A stretch of DNA of 64,000 nt from Saccostrea echinata (Eukaryota), in contig NW_026889779.1 of assembly GCF_033153115.1 (NCBI RefSeq), forward strand, positions 13,888,001-13,952,000, in the 5' to 3' direction. The position numbers and the translations under genes were made by a program. Positions 52,201 to 64,000 of this stretch are shown here, piece after piece (position 1 is the stretch's first letter; every line of letters begins with the position of its first letter). The notes beneath the pieces are model-generated. The model had not been told where the DNA came from. It was given only the letters and a program-made list of their open reading frames with translations, and made no database searches.

Positions 52201-53372
52201 CACAAAATATTATTTTATAAATATCTTCGAAAGAAAAATTTAGATATCACGAAACATAATGCCTTTGCAGGCTCAATTTTATTCAACATGTAGACTGATA
52301 TTTAACAATCCTAATCATTTCCATTATTTAATTTTAAAAAAAAGATACGAATAGAGGAATGTAGAGAGAAGAAAATTCCTTACTTTCCTATCATGTGAGC
52401 AGCGTATCCATAATTGGTCGTGAGTTTTTCTGCAACTGTCTTGTATTTACTCTCTATATAAGCAGGCTGACTGTTTGCAACAACCTCATGCTTGATGAAA
52501 ATAGATGTTGAATTATGTGTTTTATTAATGAGACATGATCAGTAAAATGACTGACTGATATGGTATCCTGATACTCAGCAAGAATGTTAATACAACCTTA
52601 AGGTTTTCTCAGATTCTCCCACGAAAAATATGGTTGATAAACCCAAAAAGTTAATGCTGACTTGATTTCCAACTTGAATTATGTTCTGAACAGAAACTTA
52701 CCTGGAATCCTGTTTTATGAGCATATCTTCCTGTCATGAAAGCAGATCTCGAACTAAAAGTAAGTAAGTACTAAAAGTAAGTAAGTATTTAAAGATATTT
52801 TAAAACCAAAAAATATATATAATTCAAGAATGAGCTACTTTTGTTCTTTTAATTGTTAAAAATAACACATTATTTTGTAATTCAGCAAATTTGGGTCCTT
52901 TTGACTTCCAGGACAAATGTACATCAATGAGCTATCATGTCTACGGTATAATCCATCTAATCAAAAATCAATCTAAAAACACTGGACTCACGGCGTACAA
53001 ACGGGATAGACGTAGTTAGCGTCCAGTATCACCCCAGCCTCCGCTAGGCTGTCAAGGTTTGGGGTCAGGACCTCATTGTTGTTGTAACCAATATCGTTAT
53101 TACCTATATGGAAGAAAAATTGCTTTTAGAAAAATTCAAACAAGTGCAGCAGATGCTGCAATTTGGTTTTGAAAAAAAAGAGAAACAGACCTATGAATAG
53201 AACTTCCAATCATTTACTGTACTAGTACTTCTATCCCCTTGATTATTTTTCTTTTCTTACCCATATCATCAACCGCAATGAAAAAGATGTGTGGTTTCTG
53301 ATTCGGAGCCACTTGTCCCTCTGTATGGTATATTATCAGGAGCCAGTAAATGGTCCACTTAAACACATCCAT
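46207..53372 (-). CDS. Arylsulfatase B-like formylglycine-dependent sulfatase (S1 family), 14 coding exons
   Basis: Exons 53372-53261, 53103-52992, 52753-52702, 52490-52384, 51917-51811, 51720-51632, 50635-50534, 50440-50347, 49964-49867, 49582-49443, 48575-48517, 47852-47711, 47280-47093 and 46409-46207 join in frame. Motifs KPHIFFIAVDDMG, CTPSRSAFMTGRY, GKWHLG, FQAPHTPL, FTSDNGG, KGTYFEGGIRVPG, HASDWLPT. Probable non-coding exon with donor near 53733. Confidence 0.95.
47402..47645 (+). mobile_element. 5'-truncated copy of the tRNA/Deu-domain SINE
   Basis: Colinear with 35010-35260 (CTAGAGTCGCG..GGTTCGAATTCC..GTCCTTCGAATGAAACCG..ATGAGTGAAA). Confidence 0.85.
48760..49322. mobile_element. 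Young non-autonomous DNA transposon with ~113-bp near-perfect TIRs and an 8-bp TSD (P- or hAT-like)
   Basis: TIRs CACAGGTACTTG...CACTCATTTAC at 48760-48873 and 49209-49322; TSD TTCTGAAG at 48752-48759 and 49323-49330; the outer right TIR plus TSD is repeated again at 49332-49409. Confidence 0.9.
51300..51570 (+). repeat. Intronic minisatellite (~45-50 bp unit, CAACTATCCCAGAGAGGAAGAGGACTGAT core)
   Basis: About five degenerate copies. Confidence 0.8.
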
Positions 53373-54139
53373 GATGATTTCCTAGTTCAACAAAAAGGAA
53401 ACTTACTAGGGTATGTAAGTAAGCTTAGATACATTTGTTTGTTTAAAAGGTATATGTGTTTAATATTTGCTGTCTTAATAGTTTTATTACATTGGAAAGA
53501 ATTGCAATGTTTAATGGTGCTTCAACAAGAGTCATCACTATTTTATTTTTTGATCATAAATATTCGATCAATTTCATTCCAAATGGGATAATGGGATAAT
53601 AAAACTTGTGAATAGCATACGTGTTTAATAGATTTTTAAAAAAATATTAATGATATTGCATTTACATGTACTTGATTTATATGTAAAATGAACACATAAA
53701 AATTCAAAGTATTTTTGTGTAATTTTTGCTTACCTGCTTTTGGTAATATTGTCCGAGACTAAGCTAGGGTATTTAAAGTTTCATCCTTTAATGTAAATCA
53801 AAACAAGATGTTTATACTTATTTCGTGAACTTTTCGTGACACTTGGCTTTTACATCTTCATAGACCGTTTCAAGTTAATCACGATTTTCTTTAAATTGGT
53901 TTTAAGTATTCCATTGGCATTTAAAATAAGTTAAAAAATAATAAAATAGAATACGGGTAGTATATCATTCCTTTTATTTGTTTTCGCGTCGAAGGTTGGA
54001 GTACGTGATCAATGTGCTACAGAATAGACATTTTTAAGCTTTGTACATATAAGTCTTCAATAAGTAAAGTTGACTTTAATAACTAAAACTTACTGATGCC
54101 CACAGAAACTGTCAGTAATTATTACAATTGTCATTTACG

Positions 54140-54530
54140 GTAAAAATATCTAAACACTTCAGAACAATTTTACAGATATGTTGGTCAATCAACGGTGAAA
54201 ATACTTAACCACTTTCAACAATTTCATAGATAGTTTGGATAATTTAGAGCGAACATTTCTTTGCACTTTTAGAACAATTTTACAGATAGTTTGGATAATC
54301 TAGACAACGATGAAAATATCTAAACACTTGAGAACAATTTCACAGATAGTTTGGACAATCTACGGTGAAAATATCTAACACTTGTCAGTTGAGAACAATT
54401 TTACAGATAGTTTGGACAATCTACGATGAAAATATGTAAACACTTGAGAACAATTTTACAGATAGTTTTGACAATCTACGGTGAAAATACTAGTATCCAA
54501 ACACTTTAGAACAATTTTACAGATAGTTTA
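54140..54530 (+). repeat. Minisatellite (~53-bp unit, AGAACAATTTTACAGATAGTTTGGACAATCTACGGTGAAAATATCTAAACACTT)
   Basis: About seven copies upstream of the sulfatase gene. Confidence 0.85.
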
Positions 54531-56145
54531 GGCTTTCGATTGTTGCTGACGAATAACTAGATGACGAAAGCCAAACCAACTGATCGTAGAAATGTTGTCT
54601 GTACTATAAACTCTGTGATATCGAGTTTTTCAATGCTCACACATTTTTTATGGTGGCAAATGTAACACAAACGTAGCATCTTTATCAAAACCTTAAACAG
54701 TTATTTGTTCAAACCATATTTAGTACATATTTAGCACATAAAACGCCATTTTCTTTATATGTGTATTTTGATCTCAATATTACCAGAATTCGTGAATTTA
54801 TTGAAAAAAAATCTAAATTTCGCTTCAAATAAAAACTTTTGGGAGGGAGGGGGGGGCTTTTTAAGAAACATATTATCTATGAATTTGAAAACTGTAAAGA
54901 TATATGGTTCATAGCTTTGCCGAATACGTGTATCCAAACACACGTATTTCTAAAGAGATAAACATTGGACACACGTGTATTTTCCTTCTATGACAAAATT
55001 ATTGGGACTATTGTAATTACAAAATCGTGAAAAATTAAAATAAAGTCAAATGCACTTTAATACGAAAGCCGGGGAATCTTATTTAAAAGAACTTATGGCC
55101 AAGAAAATTATCTTATACTAATGACTTAATTTTTACGAGAAAAGATCTCGTATTATTTAAGGTCTTCAATCTCCAGGCGCGGATCCAGGATTTTTTCCCA
55201 GGGGGTGGGGGGTCCACCACAGTGAGAAAAAAAATCCAACCCGAATTTTCTTGACAGGCGAAAAAAAATAACAAAATAAAATCTAAACTCTTTTCCCAAA
55301 TGTGAAAAACCTATTTCGGGGGGGGGGGGGTAGCCTCTCTACTTCACTTCTTACTTAAGCTTCATATGCATGTATGAATTTTCCTACCAACTTAATAGTG
55401 GTCCGCGTTACCCCGGGGGGGGGGGGGTGGGATGTTACAGGTCACTTCTAGTTGCTTTACTATATACTTTTTTAAAACTCTGCACCTCTCCGGACCCCCC
55501 CCCCCCTTCTAGATCCGCGCAAGATCTCGTTATAAGAAGAAAAGATTTCGCCAGTTATAACAGGAAATTATAAGTTAGAGTAAAGATCTCGTTATAGCAA
55601 GAAAAGAGCCCATGAAAAGAAAAAAGATATTTCAAGATAACGAAATAATTTTCTCGTGATCACGAGATCTTTTGTAGTAATAACGAGTTAACTTTCTCGT
55701 ATTTACGAGGTCTTTTCCAGTTTAAATGATATCTTTTCTCTTTATAACGAGAACTTTTCTTGTTAGAGACAATCTTTTCTCGTTAAAACGATATAATTTA
55801 TCTCGTAATAAGAGAAATTTCTCAATATTTTTCCAAGATAACAAGGTAATATGGCTATTTCATTTTAAACAAGATCGACGCTTCGGCTTTCGTAGATTAC
55901 AGAAATAAATAAGAAAGTACGTAAAATTTTGTGGGGTTGTTCAGTATGTTCCGTCTAGATTCTTTGTGGATTGTCACGTCTCGTCATTTGGGGTCTTTCG
56001 GTAATAAAATATAAATGAAGTCTTTCTTTATATATATGCCCTTGTATTGCACATCTTGATGCACGTATCAAAAATTAAATTATCTTGAAAACGTCATTTT
56101 ATGAATACAATAACCGTATTTTTTGAAACTCGATCACATAGTCAA

Positions 56146-56900
56146 TAAGATGTGTTTGTGAAACACTGATGCCCCCGTATGGCTGCTCATGGCGAAGGTT
56201 AATGTTTCTCAAATACAAGTCAAACTCCAAGGTCAAGAGATTAAAAATGTTGGCACCAAAAGAAAATCTTGTCATAGGTAATACATCTGTTAAACATGAA
56301 AACTCTTGCAACAACCTTCAGAAATTATGGTCGAGGTTAAAACTTTTAAAAGTAGGTCAAACTCTAAGGTGAAGGTCATGAGGTCAAAAATATTGGCACT
56401 TAAAAAAAAGGTCTTGTTGCAAGGAAAATACCTGTGAAACAAGAAAGCCCTTGCGTCAACCATTCAAAAGATATCGCCAAGGTTAAAGTTTTTCAAAAAA
56501 AGGTCAATCTCCAAGGTCAAGGTTAAAAGGCCAAAATTGTTGGTACCCAATGGAAGGTCTTGTCACAAGGAACACACCTGTGAAATACGAAAGCCCTAGA
56601 TTCAACCATTCAAAACTTGTGACCAATTTAATGTTTTTCAAAAGTAGTTCAAACTCCAAGATCAAATGATCAAAATTGTTGATACCCAAGGGAAGGTCTT
56701 GTCACAAGAAATATACATGTGAAGTTTGAAAGCCCTAGCTCTAACCGTTCAAAAGATATGGCCAAGGTTAAAGTTTGGAAAAATTTTGCTAAAATGGGGC
56801 AAAGTCTAAGATCAGGGTCAAGATGTCATATATGTTAGTACCCAAAAAAAGGTCGTGTCACAAGAAATGTGAAATATGAAAGCCCTAGCTCCAACCATTC
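56146..56900 (-). mobile_element. Third copy of the ~121-bp-array Helentron-type element
   Basis: AAGATGTGTTTGTGAAACACTGATGCCCCCGTATGG is the reverse complement of 22652-22688, followed by array units. Confidence 0.8.
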
Positions 56901-56902
56901 AA

Positions 56903-57170
56903 TTGAATGATTGATCGTATGTTGTTTTACGTCCCATTCGAGAATTCTTCACTCATATAGAGACGTCACCATATACCGGTGAAGGGCTTCAAATTTAGAC
57001 TTTTACTCGGTACTAAGGGCCATTGAGAAGTGAGGGATCTTTATCATGCCAACGCCTGCCGTGACACGGGGCCTCGGTTTTTAAGGTCTCATCCAAAGGA
57101 CCCGCAACTTTCACTTCAAAGTGCCGAGCGCATGGCGAAGGAACAGTTGCTACCTATTTTTACATCTTAC
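56903..57170 (-). mobile_element. Deu-domain SINE of a related subfamily, inserted into or abutting the array element
   Basis: Reverse complement contains TCCTTTGGATGAGACCTTAAAAACCGAGGCCCCGTGTC..GTTGGCATGATAAAGATCCCTCAC..ATGAGTGAAG and a (CAAT)-type tail. Confidence 0.8.
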
Positions 57171-57844
57171 TATTATAAATAGTCATAAGACAAGTAAAAC
57201 TCGCAGTTAGGTGTTTGCCTCTAAATGTACTCATATTCACATTTTGGTAACAAGGGAAGAAACTTCAATAATTCTATAATTAACAAAACGTCGGTTTTCA
57301 ACCCCCAATCGCCCCAGGGTGAATATTGAAATTTCGAGACTTAAATGGACATGATGATCTAAAGGACACACTCAGACTTCTTTCAAAATATAAGAGAAGT
57401 TCGGGGAACTAGGTTTTTGTATTTAAAAAAATCATTTTGACCCTCATTTGACCCCCAAAGAAAAAATTCAAAATTCTCATTGCACATCTAAAGGACACCA
57501 TCAATCATATTCCAAAAGGACGCTTATTTTTTTTTATTTGACCCCCCCCCCCCCCGGCTGTAAATCTAAAATCCAAAACCTTGTTGCATATCTATAGGAC
57601 ACCAACAATCATATTTAAAAAGATGAGTTGGTCACTGAAAAAAATGCAAGAGGAGTTCAGAGAACAGGTTTGTAGAAAAATATCGTTTTTAACACCCCCC
57701 GGTGAAAATTTAAATTATAAAACCTTTATTGCACATCTAGAGGACACTCTCAATATTTTTTCACATTTTTCGCATTAGCCTATTCATATTTTGGAATATG
57801 ATTGGGAGTGTCCTGTGGATGTGCAATAAGGTTTTGTAGTAAAT

Positions 57845-59040
57845 AAAAAAATGTCTTAAAATCCATGTTTTTAATACTTTCAATACTTTCTAATACATGT
57901 ATAAGGCATTGTTCTGTCATTCGCATTATGAGTTACAAATAGCAGCAGCAGTATCTATTTTTAGTAACATCCAGTTTATAAAGACTATTGTGACGTCAAC
58001 ACTATTGTTGCTTCACAGAAGAATATGTTTTCAATTTTAGAAACAGCAGGTTAATTTTTTTTTTTGAGGCTTAAAATAGAAACACTCAGTTTAAAACACT
58101 TTTTATACTTGATCATGTTATCTAGTTTGAGCCAGTCAGATAGCTGGCAACAATAGAGAAAAATAATAATATACAATTATAGCCTTTTGAAGATGTCAAT
58201 CCCCAGATATATACACCTTAGAGAAAGCATATCGACCGAGTACGAAGTGCGAGGTCGATATGCTTTCTCTAAGGTCTATATATCTAGGGATTGTACCGAA
58301 TCAAAAGTTAAATTCCATGTTTCTTATGCTCAATGCTTTCTCATATAAAGCATTGTTGTGTCATTCGCATTATGACGTCACAATTAAGAGCAGCTGCAGT
58401 ATCTGTTTTTAGAAACATCCAGTTTATAAAGAGTATTGTGACGTCAGTGCTATTGTTACTTCACAGAAGAATGTTTCCAATTTTAGAAACAGCGGGTTTA
58501 TAAATTTTTAGAAGCTTAGAATAGAAACATCCAGTTTATAAGATTTTTTTAAACTTGATCAATTGATCTAGTTTGAGCCAGTCAAATAGCTGGCAACAAT
58601 AGAGAAAAATAATAAAAAGTGTTATAAACTGGGTGTTTCTATTTTAAGCTTCTGTGAAGCAACAATAGTGCTGACGTCACAATAGTCTTTATAAACTGGA
58701 TGTTTTTAAAAACAAATAGTGCAGCTGCATTTAACTGTGACGTCATAATGCGAATGACATAACAATGCCTTACATAAGTGACTATTGAGCATTAGAAACA
58801 TGGATTTTAAGACATTTCTAATTAAAACAATTATAGCCTTTTGATTCGGTACAGTTCCTAGATATATAGACCTTAGAGAAAGCATATCGACCTCGCATTT
58901 CGTACTCGGACGATATGTTTTCTCTAAGGTCTATATATCTAGGGATTGACCTCATCAAAAGGCTATAATTGTATATTATACTTGATCATGTGATCTAGTT
59001 TGAGCCTATCAGATAGCTGGCAACAATAGAGAAAATAATA
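57845..59040. repeat. Complex direct/inverted repeat with two ~85-bp palindromes; non-autonomous element of uncertain class
   Basis: 57900-58170 is repeated at 58345-58615 and inverted at about 58615-58815; hairpin ACCTTAGAGAAAGCATATCGACC..GGTCGATATGCTTTCTCTAAGGT at about 58205-58290 and inverted at about 58857-58945. Confidence 0.75.
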
Positions 59041-60249
59041 AAAATATTTAATTTTTATGATACGAATGGCTTTCCATATTTCAAGCATATTGGCTACTTA
59101 GATTATATAGGTTAAGCGTTTTACTGCCGCTGTACTGTCAAATGGCGGATGGTGAAATTCATAAACATAGCAAACGAATTGGAAATTCAACTCGTAGAAC
59201 AACTCTGCAGTTATATTAAACCTTTATAGCATATAAGGTTTGTTAACTTTAATTTAAAGTAAATGAAATGCTCCGATTTCATACCGAGATATTCAACTTT
59301 CTACCTTGTAGATGTATCGAATTCTAGCGAAATAATTTTTTTTTCATGAAACGCTTTCGTTTCTGATAATTATCTTAAAGATCTAATAGAGTCCCTCAAT
59401 TGCATTAAACAGATCATATGTTTAGGATCTTTGATACCCAATAACTGTGTATGTATTTATTTAGGAATTCATTACATGGTAAATTAAGCAGGTAAAGCAC
59501 AATCTCTTGATTGAGCTAACTGTTATATAGCTTGAATTAGCCATAAAGCTTAAATAAGCCATTCAAAGTAGCTTCATTTAGCTATTTTATCACGGTTTTT
59601 ATTAAATGCGTTATATTTTCAGCATGTACATAAAATTCACACTTTAGAGAAGTGATAGTTTTTGTTCAACTTCGAACTGGTCTGAAAACAAGGCATGTAA
59701 AAAAAAACAAACAAACATAAAATCCTTCAGTCTTTACACTCAAAGTTCTAAAATTTTGGGGGCTATATGAAGCAATTGATATGTGACCACACAGTTACTT
59801 CTTGAATGAAATTTATATAAAGGAAGACGATTCTGGTCAACAAGATACATTGATTAGTATTAATTCAGCACAATGTGAAAAATCATACTATTCCACGCAG
59901 CAACACATGTAAGTATGTGTACAATTGTCCAATCAATGGAAATAAAGTTGAACTTCAGTATCTCAAACACTGATATCTCAAATACCATGGTTATATCGAA
60001 GCGGTTTAGAAGTCCCAACCCATTATTATTTCAGTATTTTACCATGGATATCTTGAATCTTTGGATATCTCGAATTTTTTTTCTCAGTGCAATTGAGTTC
60101 GATATAACAAGGTTTGACTGTATATCTTTTACTTAAAAGTATTCAAAAAACTACAATATTGGAATTATCTTTGATTTGGATTGCTTTTTATAGTACATAG
60201 TACATGTATGAATAGTCACCTGCTTGCAACTTTTTTTCTATTTTTTACC

Positions 60250-60284
<35 letters not shown>

Positions 60285-60928
60285 AAAAAAATATGTGAAA
60301 AAATTGCATATAATATGCTTGTCCATACAATCACAACCTAACATTAATGTTACACGATATCTCTATTGAGTGAAAATTTAATTAACAAACAATTGACCAG
60401 ATCACCTGTCCAATTTACTGCGTTTCACAAGTATCAATTTTCTGGAGCAAAAAATTACCTTGGGCAGCTTAGTGTCTTATGTGGTCTACATGAGCCCTGT
60501 GTGCATTGACCCGATGTGAAATTTCGTTCGCACGTGAATGACTAAAAAACAAATGAGGTGAAAGAAAACTTTTAAACTTCTTTTCTCCTCTTTAGAAAAG
60601 TGGAAAATGTGTATAGATCTAGTTCTAGAATTTGACGATTGCCAAGTCAACTTAAAATGGTCACCAATACTATTAGGCAACTTAGAGAGAAATTTTGGGC
60701 GCCAATCAAAAATTTGAGATGCATGGCGACTAAAACAGTTGCCAGTTTTAGCCCTGATATAGCTAATTCAAGCTTTATAGCAAAGTCAAGAGATTGTGTT
60801 TGACCTGTTACATGGTTCTATGGATCGTTTCAGTGAAGAATGTTTAACTTGCTTTTTATCAAATTGGTTAATTTCTGGAGTCATTTGATGATGTTAAAGA
60901 CTCTTTAAGAATTACTAATGACTAATTT

Positions 60929-60968
<40 letters not shown>

Positions 60969-63480
60969 CCGTTCTCGTCCGTCGGCGTGCGTCATGCGTC
61001 GTGCGTTAACATTTGAACATTTTTAGCTTCTTCTCTGAAACCGCTTAACCAATTTCAACCAAATTTGGCATATAGCATCTATGGGTGAAGGGGAACAAAA
61101 ATTGTGAATTTCATGGTCCCTGCCCCCCTGGGGCCTGAGGGGTGGGGCTAAAACCACCAAAAATAATGCAATCTTTAAAAATCTTCTTCTTTACTCCTGG
61201 ACATCAAGCAGTCAAACTGTTGGCATCATTGTAATAAGCATTGAGCCCTCTACCAAAATTGTGAAATTCATGGCCCCAGGGTCAGGGGTTCTGGCCCCAG
61301 GGTGGGGCTATATAGATCATATAGTGAAAGTGCATTAATTCTTTGAAAATCTTCTTCTCTGCCCCTGGGTATTAAGTAAAGTAACTAAGTACATAGTTAT
61401 GATGAGCAAGAGTGCCTCTTTCAAAATTGTGAAATTCATGGCCCCAGGGTCAGGGGTTCTGGTGTTAGGGTGGGGCTCTATTGATTATATAGTGAAAATG
61501 CATTAATTCTTTGAAAATCTTCTTCTCTGCTCCTGGGTATTAAATAAGGTAACTAAGTACATAGTTATGATGAGCAAGAGTGCCTCTTTCAAAATTGTGA
61601 AATTCATGGCCCCAGGGTCAGGGGTTCTGGCCCCAGGGTGGGGCTATATAGATCATATAGTGAAAGTGCATTATTTCTTTGAAAATCTTCTTCTCTGCTC
61701 CTGGGTATTAAATAAGATAACTAAGTACATAGTTATGATGAGGAAGAGTGCCTCTTCCAAAATTGTGAAATTCATGGCCCCGGGGTTAGGGGTTCTGGTG
61801 TAAGGGTGGGGCTCTATTGATTATATAGTGAAAATGCATTAATTCTTTGAAAATCTTCTTCTCTGCTCCTGGGTATTAAATAAGGTAACTAAGTACATAG
61901 TTATGATGAGGAAGAGTGCCTCTTTCAAAATTGTGAAATTCATGGCCCCAGGGTCAGGGGTTCTGGTGTTAGGGTGGGGCTCTATAGATTATATAGTGAA
62001 AAAGCATTAATTCTTTGAAAATCTTCTTCTCTGCCCCTGGGTATTAAGTAAAGTAACTAAGTACATAGTTATGATGAGGAAGAGTGCCTCTTCCAAAATT
62101 GTGAATGTCATGGCCCCAGGGTCAGGGGTTCTGGTGTTAGGGCGGGGCTCTATCAACTATCTAGTGAAAATGCATTAATTCTTTGAAAATCTCCTCTGCT
62201 CCTGGGTATTAAATTAAGTAACTAAGTACATAGTTATGATGAGTAAGAGAGCCTCTTCCCACATTGTGAATTTCATAGGGCTGGGACGATACAACTTTTT
62301 CTATATCGATACGTATCACGATATTTGAGCCACGATACGATATGTATCACGATATGTTTAATTGGTTATAAAATCTTTTTTTGTATTGAAATGAACCTAA
62401 CGTTTCTTCACAAATAAAAATAATTTATTCATAGAAGTTGTATATCTGTTGTAAAACAAAATTATTTTACACAAGTGTTGTTAATTATTATGTATTCCAT
62501 ATTTATATTTATATTTAGCATATATATTTTATATATTCAACCCAAAATGTTCAGTAAACAAAGAAATACATAAGTCAGAATTTTTTCTGCGATATTTCGA
62601 TATTTTTTCATATGTATCGATATGCGTATCGTCCTCACACAGAATCGATATTATCGATATCTCGATATATCGTCCCAGCCCTAGAATTTCATGGCCCCAG
62701 GGTCAGGGGTTCTGGTGTTAGGACGGGGCTCTGTCGACTATATAGTGAAAATGCATTAATTCTTTGAAAATCTTCTCCTCTGCTCCTGGGCATTAAGGTG
62801 ATAAACTAAGTACATAGTTATGATGAGGAGGTGGGCCCCTTCCAGAATTGTGAAAGCCATGGCCCCTGGGTCAGGGGTTCTGGTGTTGGGGCAGGGCTCT
62901 ATTGATTATATAGTGAAAATGCATTAATTCTTTGAAAATCTTCTTCTCTGCTCCTGGGTATTATTTAACAAACTAAGTGCATGGTTATGATGCATAAGGA
63001 TGCCTTTTCAAAATTGTGAAATTCATGGCCCCAGGGTCAGGGGTTCTGGTGTTAGGGTGGGGCTCTATTGATTATATAGTGAAAATGCATTGATTCTTTT
63101 AAAATCTTCTTCTCTGCTACTGGAGATTATTTAAACAAACTAAGTGCATGGTTATGATGCATGAGGATGCCTTTTTAAAAATTGTGAATTTCATGGCCCC
63201 AGGGTCAGGGGTTCCGGTGTAAGGGCGGGGCTCTATTGATTATATAGTGAAAATGCATTGATTCTATGAAAATCTTCTTCTTTGCTACTGGAGATTATTT
63301 AAACAAACTAAGTGCATGATTATGATAGGCAAGGATGCCTCTTCCAAAATTTTTAAATACATGGCCTCAGTTTTGGGGGTTCTTGAGGAGGGGGGGGGGG
63401 GGAGGGGGGCTCTATTGATTATATAGTGAAAATGCATTAATTCTATTAATTAGTCATTAACTAATCCTGTATGCTCCCTA
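60929..63480 (+). repeat. 168-bp satellite array (Cg170/HindIII-like) within a Helentron-type element
   Basis: Head TTTTAGGTCACCTGAGTCACTCAGGTGACCTA hairpin plus (CGTC/GCGT)n. The monomer anchor GTGAAATTCATGGCCCC recurs at 61261, 61429, 61597 and 61765 (168-bp period), about 11 units in all. Family name is from recognition, not from a search. Confidence 0.85.
62276..62683. mobile_element. hAT-type MITE inserted in the satellite
   Basis: TIR TAGGGCTGGGACGATA / TATCGTCCCAGCCCTA, 8-bp TSD GAATTTCA (62268-62275 and 62684-62691), subterminal CGATA repeats. Confidence 0.92.
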
Positions 63481-64000
63481 GTGTTGAGCTGATAAATAAA
63501 TTGCTTAGCTATGATGAAGATGGGAGCTTCGAACAGAATTTAAGTCTTGTGGTCCTAGGGTCAGGAGTTCTGGCTCAACGAGAAAAGGGGGGGGGGGGCT
63601 TTTGATAATATAGTGGAAAAGTGTTAATTCTTTGAAGTCCATAGTTATGATGATGAGGGTAACTCTTCCAAATCTGTAAATTTCTTGACCTTTGGTCTTG
63701 GGTTCTGGTGTTAGGGTAAGGCTTTGTTGAATCTGTAGTGAAAATGCATTGTACCTGTGAAATTCTTCTCTGCTTCTGGGCATATCGAAAGCAAACTGAG
63801 TAAAAGTTTAAATGATATAAGTAAGCATATTTCTACCAGATTTTTGAACATCTGGACAATTCGTCTAAGCATTCTGGTCCTGGGCAGGGCTCTATTAATT
63901 TGTATTCTACTGAGAGAAGTTATTCCCCTTTTCCATTCATCTTTGATAATTAATCACTGTAAATAATGTTTTTGAAAGGTTAATAGAATAAGATAATTAT

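Noticed and set aside
54140-54530. CRISPR-like repeat array
   Set aside because: Units are contiguous degenerate repeats with no unique spacers, in eukaryotic context with no cas genes
61567-61803. 78-aa ORF in the satellite
   Set aside because: A chance frame maintained by the 168-bp (3n) period

Overview
AT-rich, intron-containing animal DNA. The repeat landscape (168-bp Cg170-like satellite inside a Helentron-type element, Deu-domain tRNA-SINEs, Penelope-like RT relics) points to a bivalve, most likely an oyster; this assignment is inference. Manual GT-AG splicing supports seven protein-coding genes: (1) the 5' five exons of a trypsin/chymotrypsin-family (S1A) serine protease, minus strand, running off the left edge; (2) an orphan Q/P/G-rich disordered protein with a leucine-zipper-like coiled coil, minus strand; (3-5) three tandem 8-exon paralogues, plus strand, each encoding signal peptide + lysozyme/lytic-transglycosylase-like domain + MIDAS-intact vWA + variable Thr/Asn linker + PPC-like beta domain + three 4-Cys chitin-binding-like repeats; (6) a 127-aa micro-exon-built Ser/Thr-rich GPI-anchored protein, minus strand; (7) a 14-coding-exon arylsulfatase B-like gene, minus strand. 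The best candidate for an undescribed system is the paralogue trio: its N-terminal domain has the E-S...G-I-W-Q motif pattern of bacterial/phage lysozyme-fold enzymes, and one copy has the putative catalytic Glu replaced by Gln. The rest is transposon debris, often nested, and there is a 129-N gap between paralogues A and B. All homology calls are by motif recognition; no searches were run.
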